64,000 bases of DNA from an uncultured virus (IMG/VR IMGVR_UViG_3300009183_004450). Taxonomy: Duplodnaviria > Heunggongvirae > Uroviricota > Caudoviricetes. Positions 1 through 9,590 of the stretch are shown here, piece by piece (the first letter of the stretch is position 1; the number at the start of each line of letters is the position of its first letter). Where the stretch lies: IMG/VR virus record IMGVR_UViG_3300009183_004450, one strand, 5' to 3'. The notes beneath the pieces are model-generated. The model was not told the DNA's origin. It saw only the letters and a list, made by a program, of their open reading frames with translations, and searched no databases. The translations under genes and the position numbers were made by a program.

Positions 1-1199
1 ACTATGGTGTATCCAGACACGATGGTATTCGAATTGGTGTCTGGTGGCAAGTATACACCTCCACTATCGGTGGACATACCAAACGCATTTAGAGCATAGG
101 TAAAACTAGATCCCACTTGGGCTTGGATAGCACCAACAAAGTTTAGAGCACGGACGTTGCCTGAGTAAGTTGGCAAGTAACTGGCCACATTGGCGTTGGC
201 ATATACCTGTGTTTGCAATGTTGTGATTGAACTGTTGGCCGCTGTAACATTGCTGGTAATATTACCCAACCAGGTGACCATGGTTGCACTAAAACTGGCA
301 TTGTTGCCCAGCGCAGTTCCTAACTCTATCAAGGTGTCCAGCGCACCAGGTGCCCCTGCAACCAGGGTACCAATGTTGGCACTAAGTGACTGTATTGCGG
401 CATTGGCTGCAGTGACATTTGCATTAACAGTACTAATACCGGTGGCTTGTGTGGCGGCATTGGCATTAGCAAAAGTTTGATACGCACCTAGGTTAGCGTT
501 AAATGTATTAATACTTGTTGCCTGAGTGGCCGCATTTGCATTGGCAAAGATTTGATAGGCACCGACATTGGCTCTCAATACGTCATCTGTACCACTACCT
601 CCACTGCCTGTTACTAAATTTCCATTAACTAATAAATTTCCATTACTGACAGTAATAGGAACATTACCAATATAGATTGTGTTGTTGCTGACCCACAAAT
701 CTTTCCATTGGCGGGTTGAGCTACCTAGGCTATAGGTCACATTAGCACTTGGTATTATGTTACTAGATATTGCTATTAAGTTTGGTATCAATGCATTTGC
801 TGCTGTTACATTGGCACGTAAAGAGTTTATCTCGGTAGTTTGTGTGGCTGCATTGCTATTGGCAAAAGTTTGAAATGCACCTACATTGGCATTGATAGAG
901 TTTATGCTTGTGGTTTGTGTAGCTGCATTGCTATTGGCAAAAGTTTGAAATGCGCCGATGTTTGCGCTAGTGATACTCTGTGAAGCCAGATATGCGGCAG
1001 TATTTGTATTGCTGTACGAACCAATTGCGCCCAACGCAGTTATAGCGTTACCACCAGCAGTTACACCATCGTGTACTCGTAGTGTTTTTAATTGAGTGTC
1101 AATGGTTAATTCACCGCTTACTCCGGTATAATTATTGTTTTGTACAGTATTACCACGTTTCAATAATACTTTAGTTACGTTTACATTTGCTGTTGTCAT
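1..1199 (-). CDS. Tail fibre / receptor-binding protein, N-terminal part (runs off the window edge)
   Basis: Not in the ORF track; translated by hand from ATG 1199 with no stop to base 1: MTTANVNVTKVLLKRGNT...GELTIDTQLKTLRVHDGVTAGG (Mtd-N-like), 25-aa Asn/Ala repeats, APGALDTLIELGTALGNN tail-fibre motif. Confidence 0.85.
   Translation of the reverse strand, partial: MTTANVNVTKVLLKRGNTVQNNNYTGVSGELTIDTQLKTLRVHDGVTAGGNAITALGAIGSYSNTNTAAYLASQSITSANIGAFQTFANSNAATQTTSINSINANVGAFQTFANSNAATQTTEINSLRANVTAANALIPNLIAISSNIIPSANVTYSLGSSTRQWKDLWVSNNTIYIGNVPITVSNGNLLVNGNLVTGSGGSGTDDVLRANVGAYQIFANANAATQATSINTFNANLGAYQTFANANAATQATGISTVNANVTAANAAIQSLSANIGTLVAGAPGALDTLIELGTALGNNASFSATMVTWLGNITSNVTAANSSITTLQTQVYANANVASYLPTYSGNVRALNFVGAIQAQVGSSFTYALNAFGMSTDSGGVYLPPDTNSNTIVSGYTI
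425..965 (-). repeat. Two pairs of 75-nt (25-aa) coding repeats, AN(I/V/L)GA(F/Y)Q(T/I)FAN(S/A)NAATQ
   Basis: Near-identical units at about 815-965 and 425-575. Confidence 0.85.
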
Positions 1200-1690
1200 G
1201 GTAATAATCCGCTGTCAATTACAACTTCGTTCAGTGCAGGTGCAGGTTCCGTTGTTGAATAATATGCATCTCGCACATCCAAATCCAACGGAACTCCAAA
1301 GTTATCATCAATGTAAAGTGGGCTTTCGCTACCGTCTGCTGCTAATACTTTTTTTAGTGTCAGTTTATAAATTCTCTGATCCAGGCTGTTGACAGTTGCA
1401 GTATCAACAATAACTGTGCCTAGTCCCTTGGTGATATCAGTAAAAGAGACTGCTAAACTATAAGCAGTAGTTTTATGAACTGGATCTTCTATATTCAGCT
1501 GAACAGTATAACCGGTTAAATTTACTGGTTTTTGATCCTGATTTTTGATTACAATTTGTAAGGGATTATCTATCCCCTGATACACGGTAATTGGGCGACT
1601 GTACACGACTCTGTTCCTTGGTGAGAATATAGCAGGATCCCAAATTTGGACCGGTACTATATTGGAATATAAATAACATTGAATTTGCAT
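1196..1690 (-). CDS. Putative virion/baseplate adaptor (BppU-like beta-sandwich)
   Basis: YQGIDNPLQIVIKNQDQKPVNLTG motif; ATGA overlap with the fibre gene; late TAAATA box upstream. Confidence 0.5.
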   Translation of the reverse strand: MQIQCYLYSNIVPVQIWDPAIFSPRNRVVYSRPITVYQGIDNPLQIVIKNQDQKPVNLTGYTVQLNIEDPVHKTTAYSLAVSFTDITKGLGTVIVDTATVNSLDQRIYKLTLKKVLAADGSESPLYIDDNFGVPLDLDVRDAYYSTTEPAPALNEVVIDSGLLP

Positions 1691-1711
1691 TATTATGTAT
1701 TTATTGAATAA

Positions 1712-2089
1712 ATGGTTGAACCAGACTACGCAGAATTACTTAAAAAATACCCATTCTTGACCTACCTTGTTTACGGTGGTAACGATTACATTGGTGTTAT
1801 TCAAAACTTGGATGAAGTTATTACCACTATCTACGACTACGGCGCATTGCGCACCCTAGAGCAAAAACAGCAGTTTTTAGAACTTGCAGAGATGTGGTGG
1901 TGGGAAAGTAATAGATTAATTCCTATCAATGTGTTTTTAAAGTCCGAATGGCAGCAATTCAGGCCTTTGTTAAAGACCATGAACAGCAAAGATGTGAATA
2001 TTAAATTTGGCCCGCAAGTGAGCCTTAAAGAAATTGCTGCAAAACGCAGCAAAAGGCGTAGTATTACGCTTGTAAGGAAGCTTGGGTAA
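1712..2089 (+). CDS. Hypothetical phage protein
   Basis: 125-aa ORF divergent from 1690. Confidence 0.6.
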   Translation: MVEPDYAELLKKYPFLTYLVYGGNDYIGVIQNLDEVITTIYDYGALRTLEQKQQFLELAEMWWWESNRLIPINVFLKSEWQQFRPLLKTMNSKDVNIKFGPQVSLKEIAAKRSKRRSITLVRKLG

Positions 2090-2147
2090 TTTGTGTTAGC
2101 AATTCTTCAACTGTAATAATGCTTTTAGCATATACTTTATTAAAAAA

Positions 2148-2726
2148 TCACACTCCGTTTGTCAAAAGATTCATATGTACCATTACGAGTCTTGAATAGG
2201 CGCAACTATGAGACTTTTTGAATCCGTAACTACCATCCTCAGGTTTATCCCAGATAGTTTTTGCTACTTCTTTCCACGGTAACCCAATCAAGTGTCTCTT
2301 CGCAGGTCTTATAACGGCCAAGAACATCATGAGTCTAACATCAGAGTTTACTGCCTCGGGCATGCGAATTAGTGTATCATAATGTGCGCCTATATGTATT
2401 AGTTGAGCACAAAATTCAGCATCGTATAATCTATCCCACTCAGGTTCTTGTTCCATCAACTGCTGCAGATATTCTTCATTCTTAATCTGTTTGTATAAGC
2501 CAACATTGAGTACATCAACCTTAACGTAGCCGCGTTCTTCGGCTGCTTCGTAGTCTAAACTTGCTCTACCAGTAAACGGATCTACAGGAATACTGGTAAA
2601 ATAAACTCCAGTATTGTGTTTTGTATTTTTATCTTCTTTGATAATTGATGCGCCGGTGTGTTCAAGCAAAGCCAGTGCTTGATCTCTGTCGCCTACATCA
2701 ATATCAATGTCTGAATTGAATTTCAT
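2148..2726 (-). CDS. Miniature DNA polymerase III alpha (DnaE)-like protein
   Basis: DIDID, KHNTGVY, GYVKVDVLN, IRP and YGFKKSH motifs in DnaE order. Confidence 0.75.
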   Translation of the reverse strand: MKFNSDIDIDVGDRDQALALLEHTGASIIKEDKNTKHNTGVYFTSIPVDPFTGRASLDYEAAEERGYVKVDVLNVGLYKQIKNEEYLQQLMEQEPEWDRLYDAEFCAQLIHIGAHYDTLIRMPEAVNSDVRLMMFLAVIRPAKRHLIGLPWKEVAKTIWDKPEDGSYGFKKSHSCAYSRLVMVHMNLLTNGV

Positions 2727-3397
2727 AGTCCTGCTTCTTTTAAAATATGCTTACACCATTCTACATCAGCCACGTAGTCACTGAATTTACGATTCCAAAA
2801 ATCAGGATCAATATAAGGCATAACCAAACCCAAATGTTCTTCGCTAAGATTGCCAAGAAATTCAATGCCACTGTCGCAGTTATAAACAACCCAAGGACTA
2901 ACGCGACCAGTAGTAATATGGTAGCAAACGCGATTAGTATTACCGTACATAAAGTAATGACTAAAACTAGCAATGTCACTATTTCCAGCATAGTCTTCCA
3001 TCTCCCGTAATGCACGTTCCAGTGCGTCCTGTGGTGACTCTTTCTTTAGATATTCTAGTAACCACTCTTCATAGAAGCTGTCTTTACACCAGAAGTCTAA
3101 TTTTTTATTGTTCTTTAAAAGCCATGCAGTGAAACTAGTGCTATTGATAGCCCGAACAGCAACCAAATGTCTACCGTAACGAACGAAAGCATTATAATAA
3201 GGACTGTTAACAAAATCTTCATAACTTTTCAGCCGTGCGCTGCCCTGTGTAGATTCATAGAACTGTAAATAAGATCTTAGACCAAATTGTACACCAGTTT
3301 CTGTTTCTTGTTGCCATCGACGTTTTGGCTCACAAAGATGTGCCACAAGAGTACTTTCCTTACGATATTCTTTTTCACAATATTTGCATTGATACAT
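2723..3397 (-). CDS. Hypothetical protein with N-terminal Zn finger
   Basis: CKYC-x12-HLC at the N-terminus; coupled to the DnaE-like gene. Confidence 0.6.
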   Translation of the reverse strand: MYQCKYCEKEYRKESTLVAHLCEPKRRWQQETETGVQFGLRSYLQFYESTQGSARLKSYEDFVNSPYYNAFVRYGRHLVAVRAINSTSFTAWLLKNNKKLDFWCKDSFYEEWLLEYLKKESPQDALERALREMEDYAGNSDIASFSHYFMYGNTNRVCYHITTGRVSPWVVYNCDSGIEFLGNLSEEHLGLVMPYIDPDFWNRKFSDYVADVEWCKHILKEAGL

Positions 3398-4281
3398 TAG
3401 AATAAACTTAAATTTTTTAAATTTAAAAACTCAACCCAACGTTGTTTTTGTTCAATTGATAATTCTTCATCGAATGCTCTACTATGAATACTGGCAGTCA
3501 CTGCCCTATCATCATTTAGATTACGCATAAATTCCTCAAATCTATTAGATTCTTGATGAGCAAGATTGTCACTTATCCAATCAGATTCTCCAGTATAATA
3601 TACATCAAATAATTGTTTATATAAAATATAAACTGAATATAAAATAAACTCTGTTATAGCAGCATCAACTAAACCATAAACAGAATAATATGTAGTATGT
3701 TTAATGAAGTATTCTAAAAAATCTTCTTGCTTTTGATCTTGTGTAGTCTGGGTTATCTCCCGAACAACACTTGGTTTTAATAATGCAGGAACTCCAGCTG
3801 GATATATTGTTTTTCCTGTGTTTGATGTTTGAAAATAATTTTCTAATACTTTTTGTACATCAAGAAAGCAATCCACAGTAGGAATTAAATTACATCTAGC
3901 ACGATGTCCAGTAAAAAAATCCTCAGGATTATAATCTTTAATAAACCATGTTTTAGCATCTAGAACCATGCACCATTCAGATTGTGATTTTGATACAGCT
4001 AGTAATTTTAAAGCTTGTTGTTTGTACCATCCATGAGTTAAACTAAGTTCTTTGTGTGCATCATCGGCATCAGTCCAAGGCCAATCTAGTATTATTTCTA
4101 CGGTGGATGCAAAAATTCCATACCAATCTTTTAAAATTAACTCTGCCACATGTGGGTAATCATTGATTACTACATAAATCTTGTTTACATGTTCTAACTT
4201 AAATCTTTGTTGTATACTCAAAGCCTGAGTTTTTAATAAATTAATCTCTGGTGAGTATACCACTGTCACTAGATCTATCAC
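3397..4281 (-). CDS. Glycosyltransferase-like protein (DUF6492-like)
   Basis: GWYKQQALKL, VLDAK and ITEFILY motifs. Confidence 0.55.
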   Translation of the reverse strand: MIDLVTVVYSPEINLLKTQALSIQQRFKLEHVNKIYVVINDYPHVAELILKDWYGIFASTVEIILDWPWTDADDAHKELSLTHGWYKQQALKLLAVSKSQSEWCMVLDAKTWFIKDYNPEDFFTGHRARCNLIPTVDCFLDVQKVLENYFQTSNTGKTIYPAGVPALLKPSVVREITQTTQDQKQEDFLEYFIKHTTYYSVYGLVDAAITEFILYSVYILYKQLFDVYYTGESDWISDNLAHQESNRFEEFMRNLNDDRAVTASIHSRAFDEELSIEQKQRWVEFLNLKNLSLF

Positions 4282-4742
4282 AGATATTCCTTAATTTTCT
4301 TTTGATCCCACCCGTGATCACGTGCTAGTTGTTTTAAATCATCTTTGGTATTAATTGCTGCCAATAACTCCAATTCATCTACACTGTAATCGGGATAGAA
4401 GTGTCTTAAAAATTTAACAGTCTTGTTATCTGTGCTGTCGCGTTTCTTTTGTTTGATCCAATCGTGCCTAAAGTTACCCATACCTGGACTAACTGTAGTA
4501 GCCGACAGCCATTGCAGTTCCGGATGCTTGGCTAGATCAAAGAAGTGCTTGTTTAAATTCTCGTTGCAGGACAGTAGATAATACTGTTGTAATTCTGCGC
4601 TGCCTTGCACACTACTACCCCAACGTACCATGAGATAGTTACTGAACTTCTTGCGCTCTTCATCGGTTAGGTCAGCATAGAATCGTCGATCCTTGCTATC
4701 AAAGGCCCGCATTTCGTTTGCAATGTTTAGTTTATCTGTCAT
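4278..4742 (-). CDS. Possible clamp-loader small subunit (gp62-like)
   Basis: Size, KKFSNYLMVRW motif and helical C-terminus; replication operon context. Confidence 0.4.
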   Translation of the reverse strand: MTDKLNIANEMRAFDSKDRRFYADLTDEERKKFSNYLMVRWGSSVQGSAELQQYYLLSCNENLNKHFFDLAKHPELQWLSATTVSPGMGNFRHDWIKQKKRDSTDNKTVKFLRHFYPDYSVDELELLAAINTKDDLKQLARDHGWDQKKIKEYL

Positions 4743-5023
4743 ACTGGATGATGCATTACGGATTCATCTTGTCTACTTAGTTCGTATATAACTATAACAC
4801 GATCCAGTGCTTCTTGTAAAGCAGGATTGGATTCAGCAGCTCGATGTATTTGTCCCCAAAGCTTGGCATCCATTAATTCTTTGTGTAGCTTTTCACTATC
4901 GTAATCTCTACCTATTTCAAATCTAGCATCTGGCGGATCACCCGTCTTTCTGGCATAGGTTACGCCGTCAGCTTTTTCGTATACATAAGTTGCTCCAGGT
5001 TCTAGTCTACCAGCATTTGCCAT
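4739..5023 (-). CDS. Hypothetical protein
   Basis: 94-aa ORF overlapping both neighbours. Confidence 0.6.
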   Translation of the reverse strand: MANAGRLEPGATYVYEKADGVTYARKTGDPPDARFEIGRDYDSEKLHKELMDAKLWGQIHRAAESNPALQEALDRVIVIYELSRQDESVMHHPV

Positions 5024-5510
5024 AATCCACTACCTCACTTTGTCTTGAAATGTCTTTTACGAAATATGCACACAAGGGCTTTTGTGTTCCAGTTTCTAAC
5101 GGTATTGCTAATAACTGTCCAGGTTTGAGTTTAGGAAAGTACCATTTGACATCCTGGTATATGTCCACAATCTCAATTGTGGCAAACTCTGGGCGGAAGC
5201 TGCTTAGGGGATTGAAACAAAACACACTAAAGCCACGATCATTAATACTGGTTAATGGCACTACTTCTAGGTCGCCTAGATCAGGTTCTCCAATTAACAC
5301 ATGCCAATCCACAGGCATCTTGATTATGTTACCACCAATCTTTAGTACCAGGGCCGGACTGTTGAAACTTTCTAAAAAGATCAACGGTATGTAAAAGTAA
5401 TCCGGAGTACGTGGGTCGCTGTTATCTAATACTGCAAAGCGTAAGTCCTCCACTTCATCAGGTATATCGTTTAATTCGTAGGCAGTGTTATCTAAGGTTA
5501 ATATTCTCAT
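5007..5510 (-). CDS. Hypothetical beta-rich protein (possible degenerate Hint fold)
   Basis: 167-aa ORF within the operon. Confidence 0.55.
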   Translation of the reverse strand: MRILTLDNTAYELNDIPDEVEDLRFAVLDNSDPRTPDYFYIPLIFLESFNSPALVLKIGGNIIKMPVDWHVLIGEPDLGDLEVVPLTSINDRGFSVFCFNPLSSFRPEFATIEIVDIYQDVKWYFPKLKPGQLLAIPLETGTQKPLCAYFVKDISRQSEVVDYGKCW

Positions 5511-6039
5511 TTTTTATAATCTCATATGCTTCTTGGGTGACTGTATATCTGGCTTTGGTTAAATCAAATCCACTTAATACTTCTTTATGTATTGGAAAGT
5601 CGTCTAACGTAATTTGATTCATTGTTGTGTATTCTTTGTTATAGGTTTCGTTTAAGCTAAAATATATTTTTGGGACTTGAATTTCTCGCATAATCTCATT
5701 GATAGTACAGTGATGAATATGCCCATATTCACCTTTTTGATTGTGTGTTAATATTAAGTCTGCGTTACTTACTGTATTTTTTACCTGCTCACTAGCTTGA
5801 TCTTTAGTCCAGAAATTTAATTTTTGTGTTTCTTGATCTACGTACTGATCTAGGAATCCTAAAAATAAAGTTTTAACTGATCGTGCATTCCAATATCTAG
5901 ACATTTCAATTGCTCTACTATCTTTACTATTATACGTCAAGTAAACTATAGTCCAATCAAATTGGTTATGATTATCAATAAAGCATTTGGCAAAAATTAA
6001 ACAATCATCGGGGTGAGCTACAACAGCATAGGCCTGCAT
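5488..6039 (-). CDS. PIG-L/LmbE family N-deacetylase
   Basis: AHPDD and GEYGHIHH motifs; start taken at MQAY. Confidence 0.8.
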   Translation of the reverse strand: MQAYAVVAHPDDCLIFAKCFIDNHNQFDWTIVYLTYNSKDSRAIEMSRYWNARSVKTLFLGFLDQYVDQETQKLNFWTKDQASEQVKNTVSNADLILTHNQKGEYGHIHHCTINEIMREIQVPKIYFSLNETYNKEYTTMNQITLDDFPIHKEVLSGFDLTKARYTVTQEAYEIIKNENINLR

Positions 6040-6848
6040 TATAATTTCCAATGATTACTAATTAACTCAACATAAAAATTAGAAAGATACTCTTGGCTTT
6101 GCGGCTCTCCGTGATAGCCTGGATCTTTTTTTACATCTTTTAAAGGATGTATATTAGTTGCATAACCAATGGTTTCTTCATTTTTTATACGTAGATAAAT
6201 GTCTGGTATCACTGAAGATATTTTTTGTCTAATAGTGTCACATCTCCATAATAAATTTGGATCAACACTAAATGGAATTCCTAAATGATATAATTCAAAT
6301 AATCCTTGAGTTGTTACCCATTCGTCCAATTGCTTTTTCCAATTTGAATCATAAAGATGATTTACAAAATATTTTAAAGCAGTCTGAGCGTCACGATCTA
6401 TTAATCCGCTTCTATAGGGATGAGTATAATTCTCTGCCAAACTGAAAATAGTTTCACAGATCATTCTATAAGAATTATTACCATAGTTCACATTGTCAAT
6501 ACCTGCTGCAGGATCATATCCATTTTTAAACTCTTGATTTAATAAATGTTCTTGTAGATCGTTGCCCCAACTTCTGCTGTGATCTGTTTTCCAATCATAC
6601 GGGGCTGCTGTTGCGGGAATTTCCATGCGGTCATGAGAAGTTGGGCCAACAATGACAAAATCTGCACGATTGTTTATAGCTTCTTGTATTTGTATTCTGA
6701 TGCCACCATTACTGCATCCTTGTCTAGCCAAATGAACCAAGTTCCAACCAAGTTTCTTTGCTGTCAGTTCAGCATAACTGGTTCCTTTAAATTCCTCTAT
6801 AGAACTAGGAGCACTAAAACTGTCGCCGCATACATACAAGGTTTTCAT
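6039..6848 (-). CDS. SGNH/GDSL-like hydrolase or acyltransferase
   Basis: CGDSF, GCSN and C-terminal DPGYH. Confidence 0.6.
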   Translation of the reverse strand: MKTLYVCGDSFSAPSSIEEFKGTSYAELTAKKLGWNLVHLARQGCSNGGIRIQIQEAINNRADFVIVGPTSHDRMEIPATAAPYDWKTDHSRSWGNDLQEHLLNQEFKNGYDPAAGIDNVNYGNNSYRMICETIFSLAENYTHPYRSGLIDRDAQTALKYFVNHLYDSNWKKQLDEWVTTQGLFELYHLGIPFSVDPNLLWRCDTIRQKISSVIPDIYLRIKNEETIGYATNIHPLKDVKKDPGYHGEPQSQEYLSNFYVELISNHWKL

Positions 6849-8329
6849 TTCCATTCGGCTTTCTCTACTGAATGTGGATAGTTTGCTTCTTTATAAAATT
6901 GCTTGCGTTTGGTTAGGTGGCGTTTTGCGAACTTGCAGTTACTGGTTATGTCCCAGATTTGAACATGATCCTTGTCCGCAGCTTTACGGATGCCTCGACC
7001 TATACTTTGAATGACTCGAACAAAGCTCTTACCAGGCTCAATAAGAACAAGATTAAAAATGCGGGGAATATTAATACCAACAGCGGCCACGCCATAGGTA
7101 GCGATGATAATTTTGTTTGTTGCCTCTGCCACTTCGTCATAATGTTCCTTTCGCTCCCCGGCTTTTGTAGCACCTGATACAAATACCACGTCAGGTTTAT
7201 CTGACAACAAACTCCACAGATTGCTTAATTCGATCTGTAACATCTTGCCTGTTTCTATACGATCAACCAAGATCAAGGTATTACCACCGTCCTTGATTGT
7301 GCCAATTAATCGGGCCAGATACGCTATTCGCTCGGGGTTTGTTGTCAAGTATTTAAGCTCGCTTTGATAATCTTTATAATCTACGTGATCGACTAGTTGT
7401 ACTATATTGACATGACACATAGCAAGATGCCCGGCTTCTTGTAGTTCTCTTGCACTTAATTGTCCCACTACATTTCCCAGCATACAGAAAATGCTCATGT
7501 ATTCAAACTGCTCTTTGGGAATAGTTCCGGTTAGTCCCCAACGAATAGGTATCTGTGCGAACGGGCCAGACAGCAATGCTTTCAATGCATCTGCTTTGGC
7601 CATGTGTACTTCATCTACAATAACACATACTACACCTTCCAAGAACTCTCCAATGGTGATATCAGCTTCATCATTCTTGGTATTCTTTAGTAAGTTGTTC
7701 AAACTTTGCCATGTACATATTGTATGGGTACGATTGTAATCTTTACGATCACCAAAGTATACACCAACGTCCAATTGCATGTTGACAAAATCGTCTTCGG
7801 TTTGTGTTACCAAACTCTTGTTGGGCACAATCACAATACTACGACCGTACTTGCTAACTCCGTCAGCCAGTGCCGCTGTGATAACAGTCTTACCTGCACC
7901 TGTTGCCACTTCCTGCACACATTGGGGATTGGCAAAGAATCTATTGATAATTTCAGGCTGATAATCACGTAACTCCATGGACTGCCCGGCCTTGGGATGA
8001 CCCTTGGGCCACTTGATATGACTGTAGCTTTGTTCGTCAACTTCTGCAAATTCAAATGTGGTGCGATATTCTCTAGTGTCCACTACTTCAATGTCGTAAC
8101 CTTGCTCATCTAGGTAAGCAAGTATGTCTGGAAGGAGATTGATATAAGTGCTACCACCCAATTGGAAGAATGCTACTTTGCCATCCCACCGACCAAGACG
8201 AACGCTGGGTTGATATCTAGCACCTGGTATTTCATACTTGTATCGTTTAACCAAAGCTGTTCTTGTACCAAGATCCAATCCTTCAATCTTGACATTAACT
8301 TCGTCTCGAATTATTAACTTTGCTTGCAT
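6845..8329 (-). CDS. uvsW: UvsW-like SF2 DNA helicase
   Basis: LRDYQ, ATGAGKT, DEVH, GLTGT, QSIGRGIR. Confidence 0.92.
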   Translation of the reverse strand: MQAKLIIRDEVNVKIEGLDLGTRTALVKRYKYEIPGARYQPSVRLGRWDGKVAFFQLGGSTYINLLPDILAYLDEQGYDIEVVDTREYRTTFEFAEVDEQSYSHIKWPKGHPKAGQSMELRDYQPEIINRFFANPQCVQEVATGAGKTVITAALADGVSKYGRSIVIVPNKSLVTQTEDDFVNMQLDVGVYFGDRKDYNRTHTICTWQSLNNLLKNTKNDEADITIGEFLEGVVCVIVDEVHMAKADALKALLSGPFAQIPIRWGLTGTIPKEQFEYMSIFCMLGNVVGQLSARELQEAGHLAMCHVNIVQLVDHVDYKDYQSELKYLTTNPERIAYLARLIGTIKDGGNTLILVDRIETGKMLQIELSNLWSLLSDKPDVVFVSGATKAGERKEHYDEVAEATNKIIIATYGVAAVGINIPRIFNLVLIEPGKSFVRVIQSIGRGIRKAADKDHVQIWDITSNCKFAKRHLTKRKQFYKEANYPHSVEKAEWK

Positions 8330-9489
8330 TAGGCTCTTCGTTGCATAGTGTTATTATTATACACTTCGGTTGCAAAGTATACAACCTTTTTGGCACGTTG
8401 CAACAGTATTGATTTATCTCCACCATGCATCATGCCTTGCCCACTAATCAATAAAGGGATAGGTTGTGTCCAATTGGCACTAAATTTATTGAAGTATATA
8501 ACTTTTTTACCTTCGATAATTGGTTCTTTTTTAACATCCTTTGCATGATAAATCTCATCGCTTTTAAAATTTAAGTTAATAAAACCATCGAGCAATCGAC
8601 CACTTAAATCGGGTTCATAAACATAGATAGGATATCTATTGGTTATATCAGCATAGTCTATAATATCTTTTGCTATGTCATCATGCACTGTTGGACTAAA
8701 CTTAGTTTCCTGTGCTGTCATTAAATTATATATACGCGGCGAGTATTTAGAAACTACATGCTCTTCAATTTCTTTGCCAACTGTATACCCAAGTATCGGA
8801 GCATGGTCAACCAATAGATCAATGCTACTAGAATCAAATCCGCACCAATTATTAATGTATTCAATTAAACTGTTGGCAGCATTGGTAATGCTTAACCCGT
8901 TTTTATTGGTTAATTCAATTTTATATTCTGTTTCCTCACAATTGTTAATAATCTGAACAAGCTCAGCAAACTCAGTGCTGATCTCAAATTGATGATTCTG
9001 CGCAAATCCGTTGACTGCGATTGTGTTGGTCTCAGTTAGCCCCACTTTCCAAGTCTTTGTATCGCCGTCAAATGCCCAACGGCCTTCACTGAGCTTTGTT
9101 AGTTCCCTAATGTCATCAATTAATTTAACGTCGTATGGAAAATGCAATACTATGAGATCATCTTCGATTCGAAGAATACGCCGGCGATCAATAGTTCGTA
9201 TACCCAAGCGAAACTGCGGATTCTCAATTGGAGTTACGTCAATGCTTCGTGAAGCCAATTGTTTGCGATATTTTAGCACAATCTTACATGCTAATTCGGC
9301 TTGCCGATCCGTTAACGGTTTTCCACTTGAAGCAGCATTGCTCATACTATTTAAAATTTGAACATCGTACCGAGCCAAATTAACTATAGGCGGAGTGTTA
9401 TCAAATAAACCGTATAATTTTCCAGTTGCTGGATCACGATCGCCATTGATAATCTCAATATAATCTTCAACGTAAGAAAAGGTTTTCAT
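8329..9489 (-). CDS. Hypothetical protein upstream of uvsW
   Basis: 386-aa ORF, TAATG-coupled to uvsW. Confidence 0.65.
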   Translation of the reverse strand: MKTFSYVEDYIEIINGDRDPATGKLYGLFDNTPPIVNLARYDVQILNSMSNAASSGKPLTDRQAELACKIVLKYRKQLASRSIDVTPIENPQFRLGIRTIDRRRILRIEDDLIVLHFPYDVKLIDDIRELTKLSEGRWAFDGDTKTWKVGLTETNTIAVNGFAQNHQFEISTEFAELVQIINNCEETEYKIELTNKNGLSITNAANSLIEYINNWCGFDSSSIDLLVDHAPILGYTVGKEIEEHVVSKYSPRIYNLMTAQETKFSPTVHDDIAKDIIDYADITNRYPIYVYEPDLSGRLLDGFINLNFKSDEIYHAKDVKKEPIIEGKKVIYFNKFSANWTQPIPLLISGQGMMHGGDKSILLQRAKKVVYFATEVYNNNTMQRRA

Positions 9490-9496
9490 AGTAGTA

Positions 9497-9525
9497 ATTA
9501 TACACTAAACAAAATTATAAGTCAA
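9497..9525 (-). promoter_or_regulatory. Sigma70-type promoter, apparently leaderless
   Basis: TTGACT-17-TATAAT, ATG begins after a 7-nt gap. Confidence 0.8.
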
Positions 9526-9552
9526 AAAAATGCCCACCTTGCGATGGGCATT
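9524..9552 (-). terminator. Intrinsic terminator after the AAA ATPase gene
   Basis: UGCCCAUC-GCAA-GGUGGGCA followed by a U run. Confidence 0.85.
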
Positions 9553-9557
9553 GAAGA

Positions 9558-9590
9558 ACCGAAGTAAAAGGAGCTAACAAAAACTTCGGT
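9558..9590 (-). ncRNA. Candidate regulatory hairpin with an anti-Shine-Dalgarno loop
   Basis: 8-bp stem ACCGAAGU/ACUUCGGU around the loop UUUUGUUAGCUCCUUUU. Confidence 0.5.

Noticed and set aside
1..1199. About ten N-x-S/T sequons in the fibre as evidence of N-glycosylation
   Set aside because: Roughly what the high Asn and Ser/Thr content would give by chance
2064..2150. In-frame 27-codon extension beyond the mini-DnaE TGA (FFNKVYAKSIITVEELL...)
   Set aside because: No readthrough evidence; may be a remnant of a lost gene, and it overlaps the convergent ORF
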